From assembly GCA_002011035.2 (NCBI GenBank), contig MTLY02000001.1:448001-512000 (forward strand): DNA of 64,000 nucleotides, written 5' to 3'. The notes under the pieces were generated by a model, which searched no databases, was not told the DNA's origin, and worked only from the letters and a program-made list of their open reading frames with translations. The position numbers and the translations under genes are program-made. Numbering within the stretch: position 1 is the first letter of the stretch; the number at the start of each line of letters is the position of its first letter. Shown here in pieces: positions 37,957-46,814 of the stretch. This DNA is from Candidatus Hecatella orcuttiae. GTDB lineage: Archaea; Thermoproteota; Bathyarchaeia; Hecatellales; Hecatellaceae.

Positions 37957-38742
37957 ATGTCAAGGAGAATCGTAAGCGAAGTCCTAGATATTTTAGAGAG
38001 GGAGATATCTCGTATAGGAGAGGTTAAGGTTGAGAAAGTCTGCCTAGGGCTGGGTTATACGGGGGTCAAGTTGACCACAGGCCACGCCGGTGTCTGCCAT
38101 AGTCTTCAAGCTGAAATGGCGATTCAATGCTGCCAAGTGGTGAGGCGGGCGGGAAGCTTAGCCGGTAGCCCTGCCCTTGACTTGGCGCATCTCAGCGAAT
38201 CATGGGATCTGGGTGAAAAAGTGGTAGGTGTGGCTGCCTTAAACGCCCTATCCCAGATAGTGTTCGAGGAAAAGCCTCAAAGGTACCGCTTTGAAGAAAG
38301 AAACCTCATAGATGAAATTGAAATAAGAGAAGGCGACACCGTCGCCATGGTGGGGAACATAAAGCCCTTCATCCCCGCCATCAAGTCTAAGACCCGCAGC
38401 CTCTACATCCTAGAAAGAAACCCCATGCGGGAGGAAAACGTCTTCCCTGACTTGGCGGGTGAGGAGATTATTCCTAAAGCCTCAGTGGTTATAATTACCG
38501 GAAGCGCTATCGCTAACGGCACCATAGACCGCCTTCTAGAACTATCCCGAAAAGCTAGGGAGATCGCCATCTCAGGGCCTTCCGCCAGCCTTATCCCCGA
38601 CCCCCTGTTCTGTCGAGGAGTTAAACTTATAGGGGGAATCCGGGTAACCGACCCGGAGAAACTGTTTCAGATAATTGCTGAAGGGGGAGGAACGCCTCAG
38701 ATAAAGCCGGCGGTCAGATTCACCATCATCAAGCCGGGGTGA
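37957..38742 (+). CDS. DUF364-family protein
   Basis: GLGYTGV, VGVAALNALSQ, VAMVG, ITGSAIANGTIDRLL, GPSAS. Confidence 0.85.
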   Translation: MSRRIVSEVLDILEREISRIGEVKVEKVCLGLGYTGVKLTTGHAGVCHSLQAEMAIQCCQVVRRAGSLAGSPALDLAHLSESWDLGEKVVGVAALNALSQIVFEEKPQRYRFEERNLIDEIEIREGDTVAMVGNIKPFIPAIKSKTRSLYILERNPMREENVFPDLAGEEIIPKASVVIITGSAIANGTIDRLLELSRKAREIAISGPSASLIPDPLFCRGVKLIGGIRVTDPEKLFQIIAEGGGTPQIKPAVRFTIIKPG

Positions 38743-38812
38743 TTCTGGGTCTATTATAAACAATTTAGTTTACTAATAGTCTTTATTAACTACTTATGTT
38801 AACCTGTTTTTT

Positions 38813-39706
38813 ATGAAAGCCGCCGCCATCCTTCTGGCAGTAATAGTCGGAGTAGCTTCAGGCTTCTCAGGATTCCTCGCCGGATGCTACACTGCTTCAG
38901 AGCCTAGGAAGGTCATAACACCCTTTTGGGGCGCAGCGACTAGGCTTCCCGGAGCCGAAATAATAACCGTGTACGAGGAAGCCACCGATGTGGAAGTGGA
39001 AGCAACTTGGGGCGGGGCAGGTCAACTGCTTTCTGCGATGGTGATAAGCAAATCCGGAGACCTTTACCTAGGCGTCGGCACACCCTACGACATGGAGATG
39101 GCGATAGAGAAGGGCGCCGTCGACCCTGCCACTGTACGGATACTTGCCTATCTGGTTCCGGTCATACTGGTCCCTGAAGGAAATCCTAAAAACATAACAT
39201 GCCTTGAAAACCTAGTTAAGCCAGATATCAAGCTCAGCCTCACAAATCCGGATTACGGTGTAGGCTTGTTTGTAAAGAAACTGCTTGAGTACAACGGCCT
39301 ATGGGAGGAAGTTGACGGCAGGTTTGTGGAAGCGGAAAGCGGGGAGAAAGCTGTATCCTACGTGATCTTAGGAAACGTGGACGCCACCGTAAGCTGGCAT
39401 GTTTTCTACTACTGGAACCCTGACAAGGTAGACATCGTATGGATCAGCCCTGAGAAAATTCCGGAGGTATCATTCATACCCGCCGCTGTGTCGGTTTACA
39501 CCGAAGACAGGAAGGCAAGCGAGGTATTCCTAGATTTTGTATCCACATCCGAAACCGCCAAAAAGATATTCGACAAATACGGATATGTAGCCACGTTGAA
39601 GCAGGCGACAAAGTATACCCCCTATTCTGAGAATACGTGGCAACGGTGGATGGAGAAGGCTGAGCGTGTTAAAGTATCACTTTTCCAGAACCTAGGCGAA
39701 CGGTAA
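38813..39706 (+). CDS. modA: Molybdate/tungstate ABC substrate-binding protein (ModA-like)
   Basis: N-terminal anchor; GGAGQLLS, GDLYL, VPEGNPKNI..LE.L, IFDKYG; no permease/ATPase adjacent. Confidence 0.72.
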   Translation: MKAAAILLAVIVGVASGFSGFLAGCYTASEPRKVITPFWGAATRLPGAEIITVYEEATDVEVEATWGGAGQLLSAMVISKSGDLYLGVGTPYDMEMAIEKGAVDPATVRILAYLVPVILVPEGNPKNITCLENLVKPDIKLSLTNPDYGVGLFVKKLLEYNGLWEEVDGRFVEAESGEKAVSYVILGNVDATVSWHVFYYWNPDKVDIVWISPEKIPEVSFIPAAVSVYTEDRKASEVFLDFVSTSETAKKIFDKYGYVATLKQATKYTPYSENTWQRWMEKAERVKVSLFQNLGER

Positions 39707-39720
39707 GTTTCTGATGAAAC

Positions 39721-40455
39721 TCAGAGTTTATTTCTGCCGAAGGGGCAGAATACTTCTAAGCCTAAAAGTTTAGCAGCGCCCTTCACCGTAACACCGTACA
39801 AGACATATCTTTTGCAGTACCTGTTGCACTGCCTGAGAATCTCAGGCAGCGTGCCGTTGACGATTGCGCTGCCGGTTATACATGTGACATCTGCTTTCTT
39901 TATGACATTCTCACTCATGGAGCTGTCGAGAATCTCAACCCCCCACTTAACCTTTCCAACGTTTTCAGGGTTAAGGTCAGTTACGTAGACGATGTCGAAG
40001 GCGTTGGAGGTAGCCTTAACGTGGCCCGGCTGGTAGCCGATGTGGGCCACCGTCTTTACCTTTCCAAAGCTTTGCCGGATCTTTTTGACTAGCAGAAGCC
40101 CGCATCGTTCCGCATCGTGACTTCTGCAGTGAACTGTGCAGTCGATTTCCCCTAAGCTGTGCATTAGGGCGTTAAGCACCGAAAAGAATATCGACCTATC
40201 CCCCGAGTCGCCTAACGCTAGATCGGCTACGTCGACGAGTTTCCCGTGGAAAGTCTTAGGCTTGTCCGTGAAGGCTTGGCCGCAGAAACCGTTGAGCTGG
40301 CAGTGGACGATAACTTCTTTTCCCTTCATAAGCGCGTATTCCTTGGATGGTAGTTTAACGAAGTCACTGCCAAGTGCAACGCACTCTACAGGTTTATCCA
40401 TCATGCCTATGGAGGCTAGAAGCTTGAGGAAATCTCTCCTGAGTTGCTCATACAT
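39721..40455 (-). CDS. DUF364-like Rossmann-domain protein
   Basis: GQAFTD, TVHC, IGYQP, TDLNPENVG, ITGSAIVNGT, YGVT. Confidence 0.75.
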   Translation of the reverse strand: MYEQLRRDFLKLLASIGMMDKPVECVALGSDFVKLPSKEYALMKGKEVIVHCQLNGFCGQAFTDKPKTFHGKLVDVADLALGDSGDRSIFFSVLNALMHSLGEIDCTVHCRSHDAERCGLLLVKKIRQSFGKVKTVAHIGYQPGHVKATSNAFDIVYVTDLNPENVGKVKWGVEILDSSMSENVIKKADVTCITGSAIVNGTLPEILRQCNRYCKRYVLYGVTVKGAAKLLGLEVFCPFGRNKL

Positions 40456-40634
40456 TGCTCTAACCCTGAAAGGGCATTCGCTACAATTTATGCCTATACG
40501 GATATCCCTTCTGAAAAATATAAATCCAAATTACCTGCGTTAAGCGGCAAACCATCCGGTACGCCTTCCTAAAATGTTCGCAACCTTCTCACCTTTGCCG
40601 TGCTTCTTGAGGATTGGAACCGAGAATCTAAAAT

Positions 40635-41129
40635 ATGGCAAAACTTCATTGTATAGGTGGAATGTCCCTGAACGATTTTCAAAAACTCCATGACAGCGTA
40701 AGGGAAGGAGACGCTGAACTCACTGAGCGGCTTGTAGGACAGATGAAAGAGAACCTGCCCACCGTAGAAATTCTGGAAAATCTGCTCATCGGAATGGACA
40801 AGGTGAGGGAGAAGTTTGAGAAGGGGGAAATCTTCCCCGTCCATGTAATACGCAGCCTCTCGGCTTTCGCCGCGGGAACAAAGACCTTGGAACTGGCACC
40901 TCCTCGACTGAAAGACCTCTCGGTGAAAGTAGGGCCTTATTCTGGAAATGTTTACGAGGTTACAAAACAGATCTTGTTCGCCGTCTGGAAGTCTTCCGGC
41001 TTTTCGGAGGAGGACCCTCTCAAAAAGGATAAGTGGAGCAGGTGGGGGACCCTTAAAGAGAATGAAGAAACATTGGAGGTCATCATCACCTACTGCCCGA
41101 CTCGACCGCTAAAAATAAGAATATGGTAA
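40635..41129 (+). CDS. Corrinoid-protein cap domain with degenerate B12-binding motif
   Basis: LENLLIGMDKVREKFEKGEIFPVHV cap; GNVYEVTKQI in place of GDxHDIGKNI; truncated Rossmann part. Confidence 0.6.
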   Translation: MAKLHCIGGMSLNDFQKLHDSVREGDAELTERLVGQMKENLPTVEILENLLIGMDKVREKFEKGEIFPVHVIRSLSAFAAGTKTLELAPPRLKDLSVKVGPYSGNVYEVTKQILFAVWKSSGFSEEDPLKKDKWSRWGTLKENEETLEVIITYCPTRPLKIRIW

Positions 41130-41161
41130 AAGTGCCGGCACCGCTGGTTTCGGAAACGATT

Positions 41162-41488
41162 CTAACTGCTGATTACAAGTTCCCGCCCTTCCTCTATCAT
41201 GCTCGCCACTTTTTTCCTAACGCTATCTAGGCAACGCCATATTGTGCCTCTGGAAACTCCCATCCGGCGAGCTGCCTCCTCCTGCATCAAACCCATGTAA
41301 TCAACCAGCCGGAGGTATTCAAACTCATCATAGGTCATCGTCACAGGTTCTTTTACGTAGTTTTCCGCTTTTTCCTTCGGAATGAAGGGGACAAAACGGG
41401 TTATTTCAGGCTCTTTCTCTAAGGTTCTTGGCTTTATGGGGCGCCCCGGCTCAAATCGACGGCGCCAACGCCAGCGATAACCAGCCAT
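41162..41488 (-). CDS. DUF134 HTH protein (paralog of 32328)
   Basis: MAGYRWRW...DEFEYLRLVDYMGLMQEEAARRMGVSRGTIWRCLDS; ATG 41488 matches the paralog start. Confidence 0.88.
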   Translation of the reverse strand: MAGYRWRWRRRFEPGRPIKPRTLEKEPEITRFVPFIPKEKAENYVKEPVTMTYDEFEYLRLVDYMGLMQEEAARRMGVSRGTIWRCLDSVRKKVASMIEEGRELVISS

Positions 41489-41605
41489 AAGGCACCGCTC
41501 TCTACCTCTCTGCCAATGTCTAAAAGGGTTCTGGAAGGGATTTAGTATAGTGCACTTTTTTGATGGCTTCAGCAACTTTGGTTCCGGGCTTAGCTATGAT
41601 TTTGT

Positions 41606-41875
41606 TTATCTTATGTTGAGCAAGATGCTGGGATGCCCCCGGGCCGGTTTCCTCGCGATCACCAAGCTTACGCCTACGTCAACCAGCAACATCACAACCA
41701 TCCGCCCAGTACCATGACGGTGAGGTGCTGAAGGGTTTGGAAGAGCCTTTACGATTTTGGCAACGTCGTCTTCAAAGTCTATTATGGTGAAAGTGCTGGC
41801 TCTGCCGAAGAAGCGGGATACGGTATCTTCCAAGCCTCGGTTTCCGTCGATTGCAACGGCTATTCTGCAGAGCAT
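41606..41875 (-). pseudogene. Truncated NifB/NifX-family protein
   Basis: RIAVAIDGNRGLEDTVSRFFGRASTFTIID...HGTG; C-terminus diverges and ends early. Confidence 0.65.
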
Positions 41876-41889
41876 TCCTTTTCATCCTC

Positions 41890-42130
41890 AGCTTCCACTT
41901 TTTCAATTCTTTGAGTCTTTTGTCGTTCCTCTTGAGTTCTTCGCGGAGGGACCCCGATCCGCGTCTCCAAAAAAGGCCTTTTGGTCTTCTAGAAGCTTAG
42001 CTTCATCTTTAGGCTGCCATGTTTCTGGGGGATAAACCCATGAACCGTATAGGCATGCCCATCTACCATAAAGCCAGCCGGGTCTCTGCCCGGGGTAGGT
42101 GGCTGAAGGGGCCTCTTCCGGGCCATGGAG
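41890..42130 (-). pseudogene. Frameshifted DUF5320-like remnant
   Basis: PWPGRGPFSHLP / QRPGWLYGR...PKDEAKLLEDQKAF / SLREELKRNDKRLKELKK across frames; matches the 30645 protein and the coiled-coil module. Confidence 0.65.
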
Positions 42131-42297
42131 TTAGCCAGCCTTCTTAAATTCTTCTAGGCTAGCACATTTTTGCTCTAGAATATTTATGCACATATAGTTT
42201 TGCTGAAACGTTTAAATTCCAGAAAAACTTATACGTTGAAGCCTGCAAAAACCGTAAAAGGCTGGAAAACATCTAAAAAAAGCTCAGTGAAAGATAA

Positions 42298-43011
42298 ATG
42301 GGTAAACGGTTGAGGGTTCAAAGAAGGGGAAGAGGCACCCCCACCTTCCGAGCTGCCACCCTAAGGAGAGTAGCGCCAGCCCGCTATCCGCCCTTCGCAG
42401 CCCTAACCCAAGAGGGCATGAGAGCGCGGGTGGAGCGAATCCTTCACGACCCTGGCAGAGGCGCTCCTTTGGCTTTAATCCGCTGCGAAGACGGCAGAAC
42501 CTTCTACAATATCGCTGGAGAAGGCCTGTATGAGGGGAAGGAAATCCGGATAGGGGGAGCAGCCTCCTTGGAGGTGGGAAACATCGTGCCCTTAGCCCAA
42601 GTCCCCGAAGGCTCCACGGTTTACAACGTGGAAAAGCAGCCCGCCGATGGGGGGAAGTTTGCTAGGTCCTCCGGCAGCCATGCCACGGTCATCGCTCACA
42701 CTCCCGCGGGAACCACCCTCAGACTGGCTTCGGGGAAGGTCATCACCGTCCACAGCAGCAGCCTAGCCACCATAGGAGTTGCGGCTGCGGGGGGGAGAAC
42801 GGAGAAGCCCTTCATGAAGGCGGGTGAAAAATACTACCTCATGAGAGCCCGGGGGCGGAAGTATCCCCTGACCAAAAGCAACAGAATGATCGCTGCTCTC
42901 CGCCGTATGCCCGGCTCCGTTCCTCGGACGGCTCCGCCGGGGCAGAAGGTGGGGCTCATCGCCCCTAGGAAGACCGGCCGGGGCAGAAAGGCTAGGGTTA
43001 AATTTGCCTGA
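42298..43011 (+). CDS. rpl2: 50S ribosomal protein uL2 (HPxGGG loop absent)
   Basis: MGKRLRVQRRGRG, HDPGRGAPLA, DGGKFARSSG, GGRTEKPFMKAG, APPGQKVGLIAPRKTG. Confidence 0.95.
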   Translation: MGKRLRVQRRGRGTPTFRAATLRRVAPARYPPFAALTQEGMRARVERILHDPGRGAPLALIRCEDGRTFYNIAGEGLYEGKEIRIGGAASLEVGNIVPLAQVPEGSTVYNVEKQPADGGKFARSSGSHATVIAHTPAGTTLRLASGKVITVHSSSLATIGVAAAGGRTEKPFMKAGEKYYLMRARGRKYPLTKSNRMIAALRRMPGSVPRTAPPGQKVGLIAPRKTGRGRKARVKFA

Positions 43012-43082
43012 GGCGCCAAGCCGGGTGGGAAAAGCTTAAAGCAGGCTGGGCAATGATGCGTATGGTGGATGGTTGACGAAGG

Positions 43083-43490
43083 ATGCCTAGGGAATTTCGT
43101 TATAGAGGCTACACATTGGAGCAGCTACAGCAGATGCCCATGGACAACTTCGTCGCTCTGCTACCTTCTAAGGCTCGGAGAAAACTGCTGAGAGGTCTTT
43201 CCCCTGAGAACAGGAAACTGCTGGAGGCCATCCGTAACCTTAAAAGGGCTGGGAAAGCCTCTGGAGGAGCGCCCCTCTTGAAGACTCACTGCCGGGACAT
43301 GGTCATCCTCCCCGAGATGGTGGGGGTAACCATAGCGGTTCACAACGGAAAAGAATTCGTCCCCGTGGAGATCAAGCCGGAGATGGTGGGACATCTTCTA
43401 GGCGAGTTCGCCGTCACCATCAAGAAGGTTGTCCACGGAAACCCCGGCATCGGAGCCAGCCGGAGTTCCATGTATGTGCCTTTAAAGTAA
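43083..43490 (+). CDS. rps19: 30S ribosomal protein uS19
   Basis: [51 protein letters not shown]. Confidence 0.97.
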   Translation: MPREFRYRGYTLEQLQQMPMDNFVALLPSKARRKLLRGLSPENRKLLEAIRNLKRAGKASGGAPLLKTHCRDMVILPEMVGVTIAVHNGKEFVPVEIKPEMVGHLLGEFAVTIKKVVHGNPGIGASRSSMYVPLK

Positions 43491-44861
43491 GGCCGATGAG
43501 ACCCCTCGGCTTTCCCTCTCAGACCTTGTTTTTTCGACGGCGAGCTCCACCTGCTCCACCGCCGTCCCTAGGTAGGCGTTGGGGTCTAGGGCTCTGTTTA
43601 TCTCCTCCTCGCTGAGGCGGCTTCTCACCTGCTCGTCGGCTAGGACGATTTCCTTTAAGGGTTTTTTCTCCGCCCAGCTCTTCATAACCAAACCTCGGAG
43701 GACACGGTGGGCTTCCTGTCTTCCCAGCCCCTTTTTGGTTAAGGCCAGCATGAGGGACTCAGACATGATCCTTCCCTGGGTGAGGTTCAGGTTTTCCAAC
43801 ATTCTCTCTTCATTCACCTTCAAGCCTTTCAAGACTTGGCAGATGAGGCTGAGCATGTAGTCGAGGGTGATGAAGGCGGTGGGCAGCAGAAACCTCTCCG
43901 CCGAGGAGTTGGTCAAGTCCCGCTCCTGCCAGCTGGGTATGTTCTCCAACGCCGGCACCACTAAGCCCCTCATCAGCTTGGCCAAGCCGCAGACTCTCTC
44001 CGAATGAATGGGGTTAACCTTGTGGGGCATCGTCGAACTTCCCACCTGTCTTCCCACGTCGAAGGGCTCCTGCAGCTCCCCTATCTCCGTCCTCTGCAGC
44101 TCCCGGATTTCAGCGGCGAACTTGTCGAGGCTGGAGGCAACCAAGGCTAGGAGGCAGATGAGCTCAGCGTACCGGTCCCTTTGAACTATTTGGGTGGAGG
44201 CCTCCACGGGGTGAAGCCCCAAGCGTTCCATGGTCAGCTTCTGAACGGTTAAACCTTCAGGGCCGAAGCCTGCCTGGGTTCCCACCGCCCCGGTGAGCTT
44301 CCCCACCAAGAACCTTTTCCGCCCTTCCCTCAGCCTTTGGATGTGGCGGGATACCTCCCTCAACCAGACGGCGAACTTCAACCCCAAGGTCATGGGGAGT
44401 GCGTGCTGTCCATGGGTTCTGCCCACCATCAAGGTTTTCCTATGCTTCCAGCTGAGCTCCAACAGAACTCCTTCCAACATGTTGAGCTTCGATTCCAAGA
44501 CAACCAAGGCTTCTTTAAACTGGAGACCTGTGGCGGTGTCGAGGATGTCGCTGCTGGTGGCTCCGTAGTGGACGTAGCCTCCGTCTTCCCCGCAGACTTC
44601 AGCTAAAGCCTCCACCACGGCCATGATGTCATGCTTGATGGTTTTCTCGATTTCCTTCACCCTCTCCAGCTTCACATAGCGGGTGGAGGCTTTTTCCCCG
44701 ATTTTCTCAGCTGCCTTTTTGGGGATGACGCCTACCTCGGTGAGGGCCCAGGCCAAGGCGGCTTCCACCTCCAGCATCTTCTGAAGCCGGGCTTCTTCTT
44801 CGAAGATCCGCCTCATCTCCGGGGTGCCATATCTCCCTGTGTCGATGGGTAGAATGGGCAA
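43482..44861 (-). CDS. purB: Adenylosuccinate lyase
   Basis: [40 protein letters not shown]. Confidence 0.96.
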   Translation of the reverse strand: MPILPIDTGRYGTPEMRRIFEEEARLQKMLEVEAALAWALTEVGVIPKKAAEKIGEKASTRYVKLERVKEIEKTIKHDIMAVVEALAEVCGEDGGYVHYGATSSDILDTATGLQFKEALVVLESKLNMLEGVLLELSWKHRKTLMVGRTHGQHALPMTLGLKFAVWLREVSRHIQRLREGRKRFLVGKLTGAVGTQAGFGPEGLTVQKLTMERLGLHPVEASTQIVQRDRYAELICLLALVASSLDKFAAEIRELQRTEIGELQEPFDVGRQVGSSTMPHKVNPIHSERVCGLAKLMRGLVVPALENIPSWQERDLTNSSAERFLLPTAFITLDYMLSLICQVLKGLKVNEERMLENLNLTQGRIMSESLMLALTKKGLGRQEAHRVLRGLVMKSWAEKKPLKEIVLADEQVRSRLSEEEINRALDPNAYLGTAVEQVELAVEKTRSERESRGVSSALL

Positions 44862-45027
44862 TTTCTCTATCTCCCTCTCACACCTAAGCTAGGTGGGAGA
44901 GGAGAGAATAAAAATTTACTGTCTGAGGAACAGTGGTTCTGAGCGTAGTTAACCTCGGCTTTTCTGTTAAGAAAATTTTTTATTAACTTCATTCTCTCCG
45001 TGGTTGTAGAGGTTAGGTGGTCATGAA

Positions 45028-45534
45028 GTGGGAGTCGGAGGGAAGAAGTTCTCCAAAGTTAGGACCATTAATCAAATAATCGATCACTGGATTAGGCTTG
45101 AACACTATACGAAAGAGGAATACAGCTTCTTAGCTGAGGGGACGAAGAACCCCCATGCAAGGATTGTTTTCACCAGATTAGCTTGCGCGGGAGAGTGTCA
45201 CGCCAACATTCTTAAACATGTGAAAAACATCCTAGCCAAGGAAGGGGAAAACTTTCAGCCTGTAAAGGCTTTCCATCTCACCGACATCCCCACGCCTGGA
45301 AAGAAACAGGGGTACCCCACAGAGGTAGAGGAAACTTACCATGCCATTAAAGGCCACGTCAAACTTGAACAGGAAATGGAACGAGGATACACAAGGATAA
45401 GGCCCAAGATTCGAAGTCGGAAGGCTAAAACCCTCTTCCAAGTGCTGGCCGAAGAAGAAAAACAACACCACCAACAACTTCTCGCCTTGATCCAAGTATT
45501 CGAAAAGATATACAAGAGTCTTCTAAAAAAGTAG
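45028..45534 (+). CDS. Ferritin-like (rubrerythrin-type) protein
   Basis: IRLE...GECH and KLE...EEKQH di-iron-like patterns. Confidence 0.65.
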   Translation: MGVGGKKFSKVRTINQIIDHWIRLEHYTKEEYSFLAEGTKNPHARIVFTRLACAGECHANILKHVKNILAKEGENFQPVKAFHLTDIPTPGKKQGYPTEVEETYHAIKGHVKLEQEMERGYTRIRPKIRSRKAKTLFQVLAEEEKQHHQQLLALIQVFEKIYKSLLKK

Positions 45535-45560
45535 ATGTAACGCCAAAAACCCCTCCCTAC

Positions 45561-46652
45561 CTAAGAGGCTAGGTTAGTGAAGCCCAGCTTTCGCGCGTAA
45601 TCTACCACAGAGCGGAATTCTTGCCCTCTAAGCCTGCGCCGGAGCTCCGGGACTTCGTCGGCTCTCCACTCGGGGCGGTACTGGTCCATGATGTTCACTC
45701 TGATCCATGTCCCCAAATTCTCCGCCATCCACTCGAGGATGGGTTTGGCGCAGCATTCTCCATGCTCTGGGAGGATGAGCATCCGCACTATCAGCTCCCC
45801 ATTTTTCAGGGCGCTGAGATGGTTCTGTGTAGCCGCTTCCCAGTAGCCTTGACAGCCGGAGATTCTCTCCGCGCAAGCGTCGTTGCCGTATTTGAAGTCG
45901 AGGAGGTAGACGTCGGCGAAGCCCGCGAGCAGCAGGGCTGTGGCTTGGCTGTAGTAGGAGTTGCTGTTCCAGACCACGGGAACATTGACCTGAACTTTCC
46001 TGAAGGCTTCCAGCCACTGCGCCAGCCAGGGGGTAGGCTCCCCGCCTACTAGGTTGGCGTTTCTACACCCCCCACGCCTCAGCCACTCCACCACGTCGGC
46101 GAGCATAGCTGGTGTGTAGGTTTCCCCCTTTTCCACCCACTGGGATATGGTCCAGTTCTGGCAGTGGAGACACTGGAGAGTGCAGCCGAGGGTGAAGATG
46201 GTGCCGGAGGGGATGAGTTCAGGCTCCTCTCCCATGTGGGCGAAGTAGGAGGAAACCGCAGGCTGGGTTCCGCAGAGGCATGTTCCCCGTTTCCCCTGAA
46301 GCCGGTTGACCCCGCAGTTCCTCCTACAAAAATGGCAGTGTTGAAGAATCCGCTTGGCTATCTCCACTTTTAAATCCATGTAGGAAAGAGACGGCTGGGG
46401 AAGCTCCTCCAACCTCACCTTTCCAGCATCCAACCGCCCCTCCAACCGACGGTACTCCTCCGTCAGTTTTTCATGAAGCCGCCAAAGGTTTTCCAGCGAG
46501 TCTTGGGGGGCGAAGGAAGCCTCCAACCGCTTGGCTATCTGGAACTTGGCATGCTTCAGGTTGTCGGAGACATCGAAGTACCTAGCCAAACTAGCCCGGC
46601 ATTTCTCATCCTGCAACACGGCCACGGCGTCAGGCCTCATCAGACGCCACAT
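45561..46652 (-). CDS. Radical SAM protein, PflX-like
   Basis: CHFCRRNCGVNR, HMGEEP, CTLQCLHCQN, GGEPTP, DFKYGN, MDQYRP. Confidence 0.88.
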   Translation of the reverse strand: MWRLMRPDAVAVLQDEKCRASLARYFDVSDNLKHAKFQIAKRLEASFAPQDSLENLWRLHEKLTEEYRRLEGRLDAGKVRLEELPQPSLSYMDLKVEIAKRILQHCHFCRRNCGVNRLQGKRGTCLCGTQPAVSSYFAHMGEEPELIPSGTIFTLGCTLQCLHCQNWTISQWVEKGETYTPAMLADVVEWLRRGGCRNANLVGGEPTPWLAQWLEAFRKVQVNVPVVWNSNSYYSQATALLLAGFADVYLLDFKYGNDACAERISGCQGYWEAATQNHLSALKNGELIVRMLILPEHGECCAKPILEWMAENLGTWIRVNIMDQYRPEWRADEVPELRRRLRGQEFRSVVDYARKLGFTNLAS

Positions 46653-46814
46653 TTCTAACTCTTTCCACCTTCATGGTAAAAGAAAGAGGGAGAAACTCAT
46701 AAATGTAACACCTTGCGGTTTGTCCCCACCTGTCACTCTCCCCTCCCAGCTTGGGAAATCAAACTGAAGCAAAAAACTTAAGCTCGAAGGGAACCTATCC
46801 GAAGTGAAAAGAAA

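Larger units (their letters stand above)
29484..42297. mobile_element. Lower-GC accessory island (~12.8 kb) between rpl23 and rpl2; no integrase or transposase seen
   Basis: Separates normally adjacent r-protein genes; 60-nt spot counts 28-42% GC near 33 kb vs ~57% in rpl4; several pseudogenes; related cassettes near both ends. Confidence 0.65.

Noticed and set aside
38751-38779. Imperfect inverted repeat upstream of modA as a ModE-type operator
   Set aside because: AT-rich and imperfect, and could equally be a terminator; no ModE gene in the window
29951-41875. Nitrogen fixation inferred from NifB/NifX domains
   Set aside because: No nifH/D/K/E/N; stand-alone NifX-like domains are common in non-diazotrophs
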